Assembly (NCBI GenBank): GCA_965230295.1
Contig: OZ246001.1
Location: forward strand, 1,312,001-1,376,000
From: Marinicella sp.
Lineage (GTDB): Bacteria > Pseudomonadota > Gammaproteobacteria > Xanthomonadales > Marinicellaceae
Direction: 5' to 3'
DNA length: 64,000 nucleotides
Part shown: positions 28,648-38,712 of the stretch, piece after piece
How the letters are laid out: every line of letters begins with the position of its first letter
Numbering within the stretch: the first letter of the stretch is position 1
The notes under the pieces: model-generated
The model's database searches: none
The model's input: only the letters and a program-made list of their open reading frames with translations
Told to the model about the DNA's origin: nothing
Program-made: the position numbers and the translations under genes

Positions 28648-30030
28648 ATGAAGAAATTATTGTTAATCGTATGGTTGTTTTCTTGTCAATGCCTGATGGC
28701 CCAAGAAAACACAGCTGCTGTTGCTGAACCGGCTTTACCTGAAGCCGATCCTGCCCAAGCCCAACAGGACTTGTTATTGGCTTATAAAAAGGAATATGCC
28801 TTTTTAACCTCACAAGTGAACAACATCCAAAGTCGCTTGGCTGAATTCAAACAAAATGCAGCGCTGGAAAAGCGTCAAATAGAATCGCAAATCTCTGCAC
28901 TGGAAAATCAATTGTTGAATGCAGAAGCTGTGGCCAACCAGCTTGAAGAAGAAATATTTACCATTCAGCGCAATTCCGAATCAGCCCAAGACAACCAGGG
29001 ACTGATTGAATCCACCATCATTCAAGCGCAATCCACCATGAGTGAATTCGGTTTCACAGGATTTCCGCAAACCGCTGAAGCCGAACCCGGTGATTTGAGC
29101 AAGGTACAAACCCTGGTTAATTTAGCCAATAGCACCATAGCTGAACATGCCAGCATCACCAAACAACCCAGCCAATTTTTCTTGACCGATGGTACATCGG
29201 TTCAAGGTGAAATCCTGAAAGTTGGCAACATCGCTTCTTATGGATACAGCCCCTCCGGATCGGGTGTATTGGCACCGGCGGGTGAAAAACAATTCAAAGT
29301 CTGGCAAGACAGCGACCCCGATGCCGCTGCCGGTATATTCAATGGCCAAAGCAGTGGTTTGCTGCCTATTTTCTTGTATGAATCTTCCATCAAAGCCATC
29401 GAAGAGAAGCAACAAAAAACCGTGGTCAGTGTGATCAACTCAGGTGGCTTGATTGCCTGGATCATCGCCGGACTCGGCGCATTTGCTTTGTTGTTGATCA
29501 TCATGCGGGTGTTCTTTTTGAACCGGGCATCGGCCAGTACCGAAAAGTTGCTTGGCGGGGTGGTACAAAAAATTGAACAGCGTGACGTAGAAAGTGCGAT
29601 TAAATTGGCCCACAAAGAGTCCAGCTCCAGTTCCCGTGTACTGCTTTCTGCTTTGCGTAACATCGACCGTGATCGTGATCACATCGAAGACATTGTGTCT
29701 GAATCTATATTGCATGAATCGGGCCAGTTGAACCGTTTTGGCTCCTTGATCATAGTGATTGCAACCGTGGCTCCGTTACTGGGGCTGCTCGGTACAGTCA
29801 CCGGCATGATCTCTACTTTTGACATCATCACTGAATTTGGTACCGGCGATCCCAAGCTGCTTTCCAGTGGTATTTCTATCGCCTTGGTAACCACTGAAGT
29901 CGGTCTGGCCGTGGCCATCCCGGCATTGTTGTTTGGCAACATCCTATCCGGTTGGGCTGAACGCATCAAGGACGACATGGAAAAAGCCGCCCTGCGTGCC
30001 ATCAACGTGTATAAAAAAGTGTTTGCATAA
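28648..30030 (+). CDS. TtpC-like long MotA/TolQ/ExbB protein
   Basis: Signal peptide, large periplasmic region, APLLGLLGTVTGMISTF, GDPKLLSSGISIALVTTEVGL. Confidence 0.9.
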   Translation: MKKLLLIVWLFSCQCLMAQENTAAVAEPALPEADPAQAQQDLLLAYKKEYAFLTSQVNNIQSRLAEFKQNAALEKRQIESQISALENQLLNAEAVANQLEEEIFTIQRNSESAQDNQGLIESTIIQAQSTMSEFGFTGFPQTAEAEPGDLSKVQTLVNLANSTIAEHASITKQPSQFFLTDGTSVQGEILKVGNIASYGYSPSGSGVLAPAGEKQFKVWQDSDPDAAAGIFNGQSSGLLPIFLYESSIKAIEEKQQKTVVSVINSGGLIAWIIAGLGAFALLLIIMRVFFLNRASASTEKLLGGVVQKIEQRDVESAIKLAHKESSSSSRVLLSALRNIDRDRDHIEDIVSESILHESGQLNRFGSLIIVIATVAPLLGLLGTVTGMISTFDIITEFGTGDPKLLSSGISIALVTTEVGLAVAIPALLFGNILSGWAERIKDDMEKAALRAINVYKKVFA

Positions 30031-30043
30031 CCCTGGTTTGTGA

Positions 30044-30652
30044 ATGATGAGTGATTTGATTCAACAACTACAAGGGTATTTCATCTCAGGTGGCTATGTG
30101 ATGCCACCTTTGATCATCGCCACCTTGGTACTTTGGTGGACCTTGGGTTACCGCATGATGGCTCTGCGCCGTGGCTCTGTGCGAAGCACTCGGGTGATGG
30201 TTTATCGTTACATGAAAGGACAGCTGCCCAGCAACCAAGGTGTCTTGGTGCGGGTGCTTAACAAAGGCATGAAACTGCGTGCCAAAGCTTTGCCCAACTT
30301 GCGGCGCTATTTAGATGATGCCTTTGCTGAAGAATCCAACGAAATCAGGAAATACAAAGTCCTGATCACCACCATTGTATTGGTGGCTCCATTGCTGGGT
30401 TTGTTAGGTACAGTGTCTGGCATGATAGAAACCTTCGACTCTTTGGGAGACATGTCCTTGTTCTCGCAATCAGGAGGTATTGCCGGCGGAATTTCTCAGG
30501 CACTGATCACCACCCAAATGGGTTTGGCTGTGTCCATCCCGGGTTTGATCGTGAATGGCATTCTAGACAAAAAACAAAAGCAACTGGAAATTGAAATGGC
30601 ACAGCTCAAAGACTATTTGTGCAGCCCCATTCCAGGCATAGAAACTGACTGA
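30044..30652 (+). CDS. exbB: ExbB proton-channel protein
   Basis: APLLGLLGTVSGMIETF, GGISQALITTQMGL. Confidence 0.9.
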   Translation: MMSDLIQQLQGYFISGGYVMPPLIIATLVLWWTLGYRMMALRRGSVRSTRVMVYRYMKGQLPSNQGVLVRVLNKGMKLRAKALPNLRRYLDDAFAEESNEIRKYKVLITTIVLVAPLLGLLGTVSGMIETFDSLGDMSLFSQSGGIAGGISQALITTQMGLAVSIPGLIVNGILDKKQKQLEIEMAQLKDYLCSPIPGIETD

Positions 30653-30677
30653 TTGAAGCAGTCACAGAGAACCAATT

Positions 30678-31088
30678 ATGAGATACAGAGAAAGTAAAGA
30701 AACCGTCCAAGATTTGAACATATCACCGTTGATTGACATGGTGTTCATTTTGCTGATTTTTTTCATGGTGAGTACCACTTTTGTCAAGGACATGAAATTG
30801 GATCTGGAAAGACCAGCGGCATCCAGTTCCAGCACGGCTTCAACCAAAGCCGTTCGGTTGTACATCGACAATGCCGGTGAAGTTTATCTGGATGGAGAAA
30901 GCATTCGTGCTTGGGTGATTCAATCCCGACTCAGAGATTTATTGAAAACCAAAACACAGAAATCTGTGTTGGTGGTGACTGATGAAAACGTGCCTTCGGG
31001 CAAATTAGTAGAAGTGGTGGATCAAGCCCGTCTGGCCGGGGCGTCAGATGTGGGTGTGGCCACAGAAAAAGAAGTAGGAGCAGGCTGA
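30678..31088 (+). CDS. exbD: ExbD
   Basis: LNISPLIDMVFILLIFFMVSTTF. Confidence 0.94.
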   Translation: MRYRESKETVQDLNISPLIDMVFILLIFFMVSTTFVKDMKLDLERPAASSSSTASTKAVRLYIDNAGEVYLDGESIRAWVIQSRLRDLLKTKTQKSVLVVTDENVPSGKLVEVVDQARLAGASDVGVATEKEVGAG

Positions 31089-31732
31089 TGAAAAAATTAG
31101 AAAGAACCAAAAGAAATTTGGCTGCCTTCGGTTCCATGGTGTTTGGCACCGTGTTGGTTTTGGGTACTTTGATTTTGATCAATGACTCAGACAACCTGAT
31201 GGACCAAGCCAAAGGTGTTGAGGGCTCAAACATCAAAATTCAAAAACAAAAGCCCAAAGCACAACAAGAAATCAAACGGCCCAAGCCAAAACCAAAGCCC
31301 AAAAAGTCGCGACCAGCACCACCGACACCCTTACTGGGTTTAAACAGTTCTTTGGGCGGTTTGGATTTGGGCTTACCTGATTTTTCAATGGATGGATTGA
31401 ATGGCTTGGATGGCGACATTTTAGGCAATGGCAGTGGCGTGATCATGACCGATGACACCGTTGACCAATCACCCAAAGCAGTTTGGCAAGCACCGATGGT
31501 GTATCCACCCCGAGCGCGCGCCAAAGGCATTGAAGGCTATGTGGTCTTTTCATTGTTGATTGGTATCACTGGTGAAATTGAACAAGTCAAAATCGTTGAA
31601 TCTTACCCTGATGGTGTGTTTGATGAAGTGGCCATGCAAGGCATCAATGGTTGGCGTTTTGAGCCGGCCCAGTACCAAGGCCAGTCCGTTAAATCATGGG
31701 CCAAACAACGCATTCGATTCGATTTGAGTTAA
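31088..31732 (+). CDS. tonB: TonB energy transducer
   Basis: N-terminal TM, PKPKPKPK linker, YPPRARAKGIEGYV, WRFEPA. Confidence 0.93.
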   Translation: MKKLERTKRNLAAFGSMVFGTVLVLGTLILINDSDNLMDQAKGVEGSNIKIQKQKPKAQQEIKRPKPKPKPKKSRPAPPTPLLGLNSSLGGLDLGLPDFSMDGLNGLDGDILGNGSGVIMTDDTVDQSPKAVWQAPMVYPPRARAKGIEGYVVFSLLIGITGEIEQVKIVESYPDGVFDEVAMQGINGWRFEPAQYQGQSVKSWAKQRIRFDLS

Positions 31733-31754
31733 CCGCATTCTATTTGAGAAAATC

Positions 31755-32897
31755 ATGAAAAAGATGTGCTTGCTGGCTTTGATGGTGTGTACCACACCTC
31801 TGGTCTTGGCAGAAGAAAATACCGATGAAGTCAATTTTCTGGAATTGGCTTCTTTGATGTTGAAAGACAATAATTTAGATCGAGCTGAATCGGCCTTGGG
31901 ACAGGTGGATCAAGCCGCTGAAGATTTTGATGCGCAAAGATTTCAAGTGCTCACAGGCCTACTACACGTGAGGAAAGGTGCTCACCAAACAGCCATTGAT
32001 GCCTTTTTGGCTGCTAAAAATTTGGGTGAAGTGGATGCTGTGATCAATGTATATTTAGCCCAATCAGCATTCAGCCTTGAACAGTATCAATTAACTTTAG
32101 ATGCTTTGAACAGTGCCGGTGAGGCGGTGGCGAAAATCCCATCGGTTTATCACATGCGCGGCCAGGCCCATTGGCTACTTAAACAACACAACATGGCCAT
32201 GGCTGTGATGGATCAAGCCAGTTTGATCTTTCCTGATGACGCTTCATTTCAGCGCCGCAAAATATTTTACTTGATCGAACTGGGGTTGAATTCTACGGCA
32301 GCTGAGCTGGGATTGAAATACCTGGAACAACACCAAGCCGATGCCAGTGATTATGTCGGTATTGGTAATGCCCTCCGAGTCTCAGGCAACTTGATCCTGG
32401 CCTTGCGGTTTTTGGAACAAGCCAAATTGAAGTTCCCTCATAACACTGACATCATTAAAGCGTTGGCGGCTACCTACATCAGCAATCAGTCTTACCACTC
32501 AGCGGCCCAATTGGTGCACCAATTGGCCCTGACTGAACCAGCCTTGCTCAGTGAAGCCGCTGAACTGTACCGCCGAGCAGGTCAACGACACATGGCTTTG
32601 ACTTTGAACAGTTTGGTTGAAAATCAAGAAGATAAGATGAAACAACGGTTGGGTTTATTGATTGAATTAGCCAATTACGATCAAGCTGCAAGCATGGAAC
32701 AGGACATCAAACGCACCCGCATAGACAGTGATGAAAACATCCAGTATGCCATGGCCTATGCTTTGTTCAAAGTCGGTGAATATGACCGCGCAGAACACTA
32801 CCTGTCTCGCATCACCGATACTCAATTGTTCCAAAAAGCCGCAGAAGTCAGAAAAATCATGGCTGATTGCGAAACCGAACATTGGCGTTGTCAGTGA
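31755..32897 (+). CDS. TPR-repeat periplasmic protein (TtpD-like)
   Basis: Signal peptide; helical repeats such as YAMAYALFKVGEYDRAEHYL. Confidence 0.8.
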   Translation: MKKMCLLALMVCTTPLVLAEENTDEVNFLELASLMLKDNNLDRAESALGQVDQAAEDFDAQRFQVLTGLLHVRKGAHQTAIDAFLAAKNLGEVDAVINVYLAQSAFSLEQYQLTLDALNSAGEAVAKIPSVYHMRGQAHWLLKQHNMAMAVMDQASLIFPDDASFQRRKIFYLIELGLNSTAAELGLKYLEQHQADASDYVGIGNALRVSGNLILALRFLEQAKLKFPHNTDIIKALAATYISNQSYHSAAQLVHQLALTEPALLSEAAELYRRAGQRHMALTLNSLVENQEDKMKQRLGLLIELANYDQAASMEQDIKRTRIDSDENIQYAMAYALFKVGEYDRAEHYLSRITDTQLFQKAAEVRKIMADCETEHWRCQ

Positions 32898-32940
32898 CCA
32901 CCTAACCAATTCATAAAACAGCTAAAAAACCGTCAACCTT

Positions 32941-35900
32941 ATGAACAGAATGAAGAATAAATGGGTCCTTGCCATCAGTTTGCTGATGACCACCTGGGCA
33001 GCACTGGCTGAAGACGCCACCATTAACATCTATGTGTTTCTTAAAGGCAGCCCATTGAGCCAAATTGACATCTATACCGATGATCAGTTGTTGGGCAGCA
33101 CCGACGCCAGTGGGTTGGCCAAAGTCTTGGTTGCTGCTGGCGATAAATCCCTGGTATTTAAAAATGGTTCGGAAACATTGTATGAGTACCCAGTTATCCT
33201 CTTGCCAAACGAACTGTTGCAGTTGCTGGTGGATTTCAAAATTGCTGGAGATCCCAGCCCTTTGGTTGATGTTGAAAGCTCCGTGGACAAATCCGCAGTC
33301 ACCACTGTTGCTACCGAAACTGCTGTTGATACGCCCATCGTTCCTATCATTGGGGTGATCACAGATGCAGAAAACCAGCGTCCAATAGTCGGTGCCAAGG
33401 TGTATATTTCGGGACGCTCGGAACATTTGGTGACCGATGCCGATGGTCGTTTCAGTACCGAAGTGAATGCTGGGTCTTATAACATCAGTGTGCTTCATGC
33501 TCAGTTCAACAGTCAAATCAAAAATAACCTCGATATCTCCAATCCGGATGCCAATGAAGTCAATATCGAATTGACCCCTGCCGGCGCAGAATTACCCGAG
33601 TTTGTGGTGGTTGAGCCCTTCATTGAAGGTTCCCTGGCTTCGGTGCTGGAAGAGCGCCGAGCGAATAATTCTGTGGCCAACTATTTGAGCATGGAACAAA
33701 TCAGCAAATCCGGTGATTCAGATGCAGCAGGGGCATTGAAGCGGGTGACTGGCTTAACCTTGGTTGACGGTAAATTCATCTTTATTCGTGGCTTGGGTGA
33801 ACGCTACTCAAGTACCTTGCTCAATGGGGCCAATTTACCGAGCCCAGACCCCACCCGTCGGGTCGTACCATTGGATTTATTCCCGACCAGCATCATTGAA
33901 TCGATTGAAGTACAAAAAGGTTATGCGGCCCATTTACCGGCAGAGTTTGGTGGCGGATCGGTGGTATTGAGAACCATCAACGTGCCAGATGAAAATTTCT
34001 TGAATGTTGGCATCTCTTATGGTCATAACAGTCAAACCACCGGTAAAAAGGGACTGAAATACAACGGCGGTGGAAGTGATTGGACCGGATTTGATGACGG
34101 TTCCAGGGCCTTACCCAGGGTCTTGGCTGATGCCATTGCTGGTGACACCGAACTGCGCCCCAATAATCCGTTTTTTGATGGTGGGTTCTCACCTGAAGAA
34201 TTGGAATTGTTTGGAGAGTCTTTGAACACCAATTACGACCTGCGTTTTGCTGACATCGATCCAGGAATGGGGTTTGATGCTGCCGGCGGCATGCGCTTTG
34301 ATCTAGATTCAGGAATGGCACTGGGTTTCTCCGCGGCACTTGAATATGGCAATGATTTTCAAACCCGTTCGGAACTCAGGCGCAGCTACAACATTTCAAG
34401 TGGTAGCGAATTGGGGTTGGAAAGTGAAGAGGTTTCAACCACCACAACCCGAGGCATCAATGCCAGCGGGTTTTTGACCACTGGGATAGAGTTTAATGAC
34501 TTACACCAACTTTCTGCCAATTACATGTTATTGCGCAGCACCCAGGACTTTTCTGAACAAGCCGAAGGGTTCAATGAAGATTTGGGTAACTCCAGGCGCA
34601 TTTCGGAATTACGCTGGTCAGAACGAGACCTGGCTTCTTTGCAAGTATTTGGTGAGCACAGCTACCCGGTCTTCAATGACTTACAACTGAAATGGCAATA
34701 CACCGATTCAGAAGCCACGTTTGACGAACCCGATAACCGGATTTATCGGTACGACCAACGTGATGAAGGGGATTTTGTATTCTCAACCAGAAATGACAGC
34801 AACTCTCGGGTGTTCAGAGAGCTGATCGATGAAAGTCGCAACATCCGTCATGATTGGTCACTGCCCATCACCTTTGGTAATCACCATGACTTTTTGTTTC
34901 AGTTTGGACAGAACTGGGTTAAAAAAGAACGCAATTCTGACATCAGACGCTTCGTTTTTGAAGATGTTGGACCCTTGGCCAATCAAGTCGATCGTACAGA
35001 TCCATTGAGTGGTATTTTGAACCCGGATTTTATCGACCCCACTGGTTACCAGTTAATTGAAGTGACACGATCGACCGATAACTATTTTGCCAATCTAGAC
35101 ATCAAAGGCACCTATTACGGTATTGATTATGCCTACAAAGAAAATCTGAGGTTCACATTGGGTGCACGGCACGAAACTTTTGATCAATCAGTGACCACTT
35201 TCCGATTGTTTGATCCTGACCAAAGTCCCATCACTGCCAGCCTGGCCGATGACGATTGGTTCCCAGCCTTCTCATCAACCTGGATCATGAACGATTCGCA
35301 CCAATTCCGCTTTAACTTCTCGGAAACAGCAACCAGGCCAGACTTCAAAGAATTGTCGCCTGCACAGTTCAAAGACCCCGTTTTGAACCGAAATGTGATT
35401 GGAAACCCGGATTTGGTGGTCGGTAAAATCACCCATTATGATTTGCGCTGGGACAAGTATTTTTCTCCTGGTGAGTTTGTTTCATTGAGCCTGTTTTACA
35501 AAGAATTTGAAAACCCCATTGAGGTGGCGATTTTCCCGGGCACATCAAACATCATCAGTTTTCAAAATGCCTTGGCTGCAGAAAACACTGGAATTGAGCT
35601 CGAAGTGTATAAAGATTTCTCGTTCTTCGGAGATCGTTTTGCCAACTTTTATGTCAGTGCCAATTACGCATACATCGATTCTGAAATTCAATTGAATACA
35701 GACGGTCCTTCTGGTCAAACCAACAACACCCGACCCTTGCAAGGCCAGTCTCCTTATGTGGCGAATGTGCAGTTGGGTTATGACAACAAAGACCGCGGCA
35801 TCAGCGCCTCTCTGTTGTTCAACAAATTTGGAGAACGGATTTCTGAAGCCGGCACCAGTGGACGGCCAGATATCTACGAACAACCTTTCAATCAAGTGGA

Positions 35901-36060
35901 TTTTGTTTATTCACATGCTTTTGCAAGGCGATGGAAAATCAGCTTCAAAGCGCAAAACCTGCTTGATGATGAAGTGGTTTTTCTGCAAGGTGAAGAAATT
36001 ACCCGCACCTTTACCCGCGGCAGAAGCTTCAGTTTAGGCATTTCTTTTGATGTTTTCTGA
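32941..36060 (+). CDS. TonB-dependent receptor with N-terminal carboxypeptidase-regulatory-like extensions
   Basis: Plug DSDAAGALKRVTGL, FIRGLGERYS, VPLDLFP; RPLQGQSPY; AQNLLD; C-terminal Phe. Confidence 0.95.
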   Translation: MNRMKNKWVLAISLLMTTWAALAEDATINIYVFLKGSPLSQIDIYTDDQLLGSTDASGLAKVLVAAGDKSLVFKNGSETLYEYPVILLPNELLQLLVDFKIAGDPSPLVDVESSVDKSAVTTVATETAVDTPIVPIIGVITDAENQRPIVGAKVYISGRSEHLVTDADGRFSTEVNAGSYNISVLHAQFNSQIKNNLDISNPDANEVNIELTPAGAELPEFVVVEPFIEGSLASVLEERRANNSVANYLSMEQISKSGDSDAAGALKRVTGLTLVDGKFIFIRGLGERYSSTLLNGANLPSPDPTRRVVPLDLFPTSIIESIEVQKGYAAHLPAEFGGGSVVLRTINVPDENFLNVGISYGHNSQTTGKKGLKYNGGGSDWTGFDDGSRALPRVLADAIAGDTELRPNNPFFDGGFSPEELELFGESLNTNYDLRFADIDPGMGFDAAGGMRFDLDSGMALGFSAALEYGNDFQTRSELRRSYNISSGSELGLESEEVSTTTTRGINASGFLTTGIEFNDLHQLSANYMLLRSTQDFSEQAEGFNEDLGNSRRISELRWSERDLASLQVFGEHSYPVFNDLQLKWQYTDSEATFDEPDNRIYRYDQRDEGDFVFSTRNDSNSRVFRELIDESRNIRHDWSLPITFGNHHDFLFQFGQNWVKKERNSDIRRFVFEDVGPLANQVDRTDPLSGILNPDFIDPTGYQLIEVTRSTDNYFANLDIKGTYYGIDYAYKENLRFTLGARHETFDQSVTTFRLFDPDQSPITASLADDDWFPAFSSTWIMNDSHQFRFNFSETATRPDFKELSPAQFKDPVLNRNVIGNPDLVVGKITHYDLRWDKYFSPGEFVSLSLFYKEFENPIEVAIFPGTSNIISFQNALAAENTGIELEVYKDFSFFGDRFANFYVSANYAYIDSEIQLNTDGPSGQTNNTRPLQGQSPYVANVQLGYDNKDRGISASLLFNKFGERISEAGTSGRPDIYEQPFNQVDFVYSHAFARRWKISFKAQNLLDDEVVFLQGEEITRTFTRGRSFSLGISFDVF

Positions 36061-36078
36061 TTTCCTGCAAATCAATGG

Positions 36079-36107
36079 TTGTAATTCAATGTCAAACTCA
36101 ATATATT
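36079..36107 (+). promoter_or_regulatory. sigma70 promoter of the thr operon
   Basis: TTGTAA-17 nt-TATATT. Confidence 0.6.
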
Positions 36108-36113
36108 AGGGCC

Positions 36114-36176
36114 ATGCAAAACAGAATTGGCACAACCACAACCATTACCACAAGACAAAAACAGGTCATGTGCTGA
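36114..36176 (+). CDS. thrL: thr operon leader peptide MQNRIGTTTTITTRQKQVMC
   Basis: 6 Thr and 2 Ile codons clustered, followed by attenuator and thrA; absent from ORF track. Confidence 0.92.
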   Translation: MQNRIGTTTTITTRQKQVMC

Positions 36177-36192
36177 TTCGTTGAACTTTTTG

Positions 36193-36233
36193 AAAAAGCC
36201 CGTGACTTGGAAACAACTCACGGGCTTTTTTTT
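36193..36233 (+). terminator. thr attenuator terminator
   Basis: aaaaagcccgtga..tcacgggctttttttt; caggtcatgtgct in the leader can pair with agcccgtgacttg as antiterminator. Confidence 0.92.
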
Positions 36234-36263
36234 ACGCCAAAGTACGGCAATACAGATAAAACT

Positions 36264-38711
36264 ATGAAAGTGATGAAATTTGGTGGCTCTTCCCTGGCCA
36301 CAGCTGAAAAATTCAACCATGTGGTTGACTTGATAGAACAACAACAGCAACCCCTGTGTGCCGTGTTTTCAGCACCGCAAGGCATCACCAATGATTTGGT
36401 GGTTTTGATTGAGCTGATCAACCAACACCAAGAGCTGACCGCTCAACTGGATCTGATCAGCCAAAAGCTGTTAACCATCAGTACCGACTGTGCTGCCATC
36501 CGGGTCGATTTTGATGCCAGCAAGAGCCAACAACAAACCACCAATTTATTGGAACAACTGCGAACCTGGGCGCAAGGCAGCGCCATGATTGGCCATTGTC
36601 CAAAAACCACTGCGGCCCAAATCCTATCTACCGGTGAAAAATTCAGCACCTTGTTGGTGGCTACCCTGTTGCGCACCAAAAACCCAGTGACTGTATTAGA
36701 CCCCAGGCAGTTTATCTTCTCCGAGGATGATGCCGAAGAACCCATCGCTGATCTGGAACGCAGTGCCACTGCCTTCAAGCAGCATTACCCGGCACTGACT
36801 GACTTATCGGTGATGCCCGGATTTTATGGTGTTAACCCAGATGGAGAGTTGATCACTCTAGGGCGCAATGGCTCTGATTACTCTGCGGCCATATTGTCGG
36901 TCTGTGTAGCAGCAGCTGCTTGTGAAATCTGGACCGATGTCGACGGCATTTACAGCGTCGATCCCCGCTTGGTGGAACAAGCTCAGATGATTGAACAAAT
37001 GTCCTATCAGGAAGCCATGGAGTTGTCTTACTTTGGCGCCAAAGTTTTACATCCCAAAACCATCACCCCACTGGCCAAACACCAAATCAAGTGTGTGATC
37101 AAGAACACCCTCAAACCCAACCACCACGGCACTGTCATTTCAGCCGAAACCGACCAGCACAAAGCAGTCAAAGCCATTTCAAACCTGTCCGATGTCGCCA
37201 TGATCAACGTTTCGGGACCTGGCATGAAAGGCATGGTGGGCATGGCTGCCAGGGTTTTTGCAGCCATGAGTGAAGCCAATATATCAGTGATTCTGATCAG
37301 CCAATCCTCATCAGAATACAGCATCAGTTTTTGTGTCCCTGGTAACGAAGCCCAACGCGCCATACGCCACTTGAACACAGCTTTCAGGCTAGAACTGAAA
37401 AATGGTTTGTTAGAGCCCATTGATTGTCGTGATAACTTGGCCATCATCACCCTGATCGGTGATCGCATGCACCAACAAAAAGGCACCGCCAGTCGTTTTT
37501 TCAGCGCCCTTTCACACGCCCGGGTCAACATCATCGCCATTGCACAGGACTCTTCTGAGCGCAGCATATCAGCCGTGGTCAGATCAAAAAGGGTCGATGA
37601 TGCCGTGGTGATTTGTCACCAACAACTGTTCTTGAAGAAACCCAGAATTGATGCCTTCCTGATCGGCTGTGGTACCGTTGGTAAAGAATTGATCCAGCAA
37701 ATCAAAAAACAACAAGCTTGGTTACAAGATAAAAACATTGAATTGAATCTGGTAGGCATCGCCAACAGCAAGCAATGTTTACTCAAAGGCCAAGGCATCG
37801 ATCTTTCTGATTGGCAAGCTCAACTGACGGCTTGTGATGAAGGTTTGTCATTAGATCGCTTGAAACAGTTTGTGCGATCAGCACACTTGACCAACCCGGT
37901 GATCATCGACTGCACCAGTAACCAAGACATTGCCATGAATTACCTGAGTTATTTAGCCGCCAACTTTCATGTGGTGACTGCCAATAAAAAAGCCAACACT
38001 GAAAGCCTGGAGTATTATCATCAGCTGCACGACATGGCTGCACAAAGACAACGGCGATTCCTGTATGAAACCAATGTAGGTGCCGGACTACCCGTTATAG
38101 ACAACTTACAAAGCTTGCTAAGAGCGGGTGATGAATTGTTGCAATTTGAAGGCATACTGTCAGGATCTTTGTCCTACATCTTTGGCGAAATCCACCAAGG
38201 CTTGAGCTTGTCAGAAGCCACTCAGAAAGCCAGAGATTTGGGTTATACCGAGCCCAACCCAGCCGAAGATTTGAACGGCATGGATGTGGCCCGAAAAGTG
38301 TTGGTGATTGCCCGCGAAGCTGGTATGCCTTTGGAATTGTCTGATGTGGATTTACAGCCAGTGGTCCCTGAAGCATTGGCTGCCATCACCGATGGTGATG
38401 AGTTCATGACCAAGCTGCCCGATTATGACGCAGAATTTCAACAAATGATTGACGATGCAGAGGGTCAACAACAGAAACTGCGTTATGTGGCGGTCATCAA
38501 AGACAACCAATGTGCGGTTAAAATATTACCGGTGGATAAAACCCATCCTTTGTATGAAATTGAAGCGGGTGAAAATGCCTTGGCCATCAACACCCAGTAC
38601 TACCAACCCAAACCATTCATCATCCGGGGTTACGGCGCCGGTGCAGCCGTGACTGCGGCAGGCATGTTTGGCGACTTATTGAGAACCCTGGCCTGGGAAC
38701 AGGAACACTGA
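36264..38711 (+). CDS. thrA: Bifunctional aspartokinase I / homoserine dehydrogenase I
   Basis: MKVMKFGGSS, LGRNGSDYSA, WTDVDG, YETNVGAGLP, GYGAGAAVTA. Confidence 0.97.
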   Translation: MKVMKFGGSSLATAEKFNHVVDLIEQQQQPLCAVFSAPQGITNDLVVLIELINQHQELTAQLDLISQKLLTISTDCAAIRVDFDASKSQQQTTNLLEQLRTWAQGSAMIGHCPKTTAAQILSTGEKFSTLLVATLLRTKNPVTVLDPRQFIFSEDDAEEPIADLERSATAFKQHYPALTDLSVMPGFYGVNPDGELITLGRNGSDYSAAILSVCVAAAACEIWTDVDGIYSVDPRLVEQAQMIEQMSYQEAMELSYFGAKVLHPKTITPLAKHQIKCVIKNTLKPNHHGTVISAETDQHKAVKAISNLSDVAMINVSGPGMKGMVGMAARVFAAMSEANISVILISQSSSEYSISFCVPGNEAQRAIRHLNTAFRLELKNGLLEPIDCRDNLAIITLIGDRMHQQKGTASRFFSALSHARVNIIAIAQDSSERSISAVVRSKRVDDAVVICHQQLFLKKPRIDAFLIGCGTVGKELIQQIKKQQAWLQDKNIELNLVGIANSKQCLLKGQGIDLSDWQAQLTACDEGLSLDRLKQFVRSAHLTNPVIIDCTSNQDIAMNYLSYLAANFHVVTANKKANTESLEYYHQLHDMAAQRQRRFLYETNVGAGLPVIDNLQSLLRAGDELLQFEGILSGSLSYIFGEIHQGLSLSEATQKARDLGYTEPNPAEDLNGMDVARKVLVIAREAGMPLELSDVDLQPVVPEALAAITDGDEFMTKLPDYDAEFQQMIDDAEGQQQKLRYVAVIKDNQCAVKILPVDKTHPLYEIEAGENALAINTQYYQPKPFIIRGYGAGAAVTAAGMFGDLLRTLAWEQEH

Positions 38712-38712
38712 A

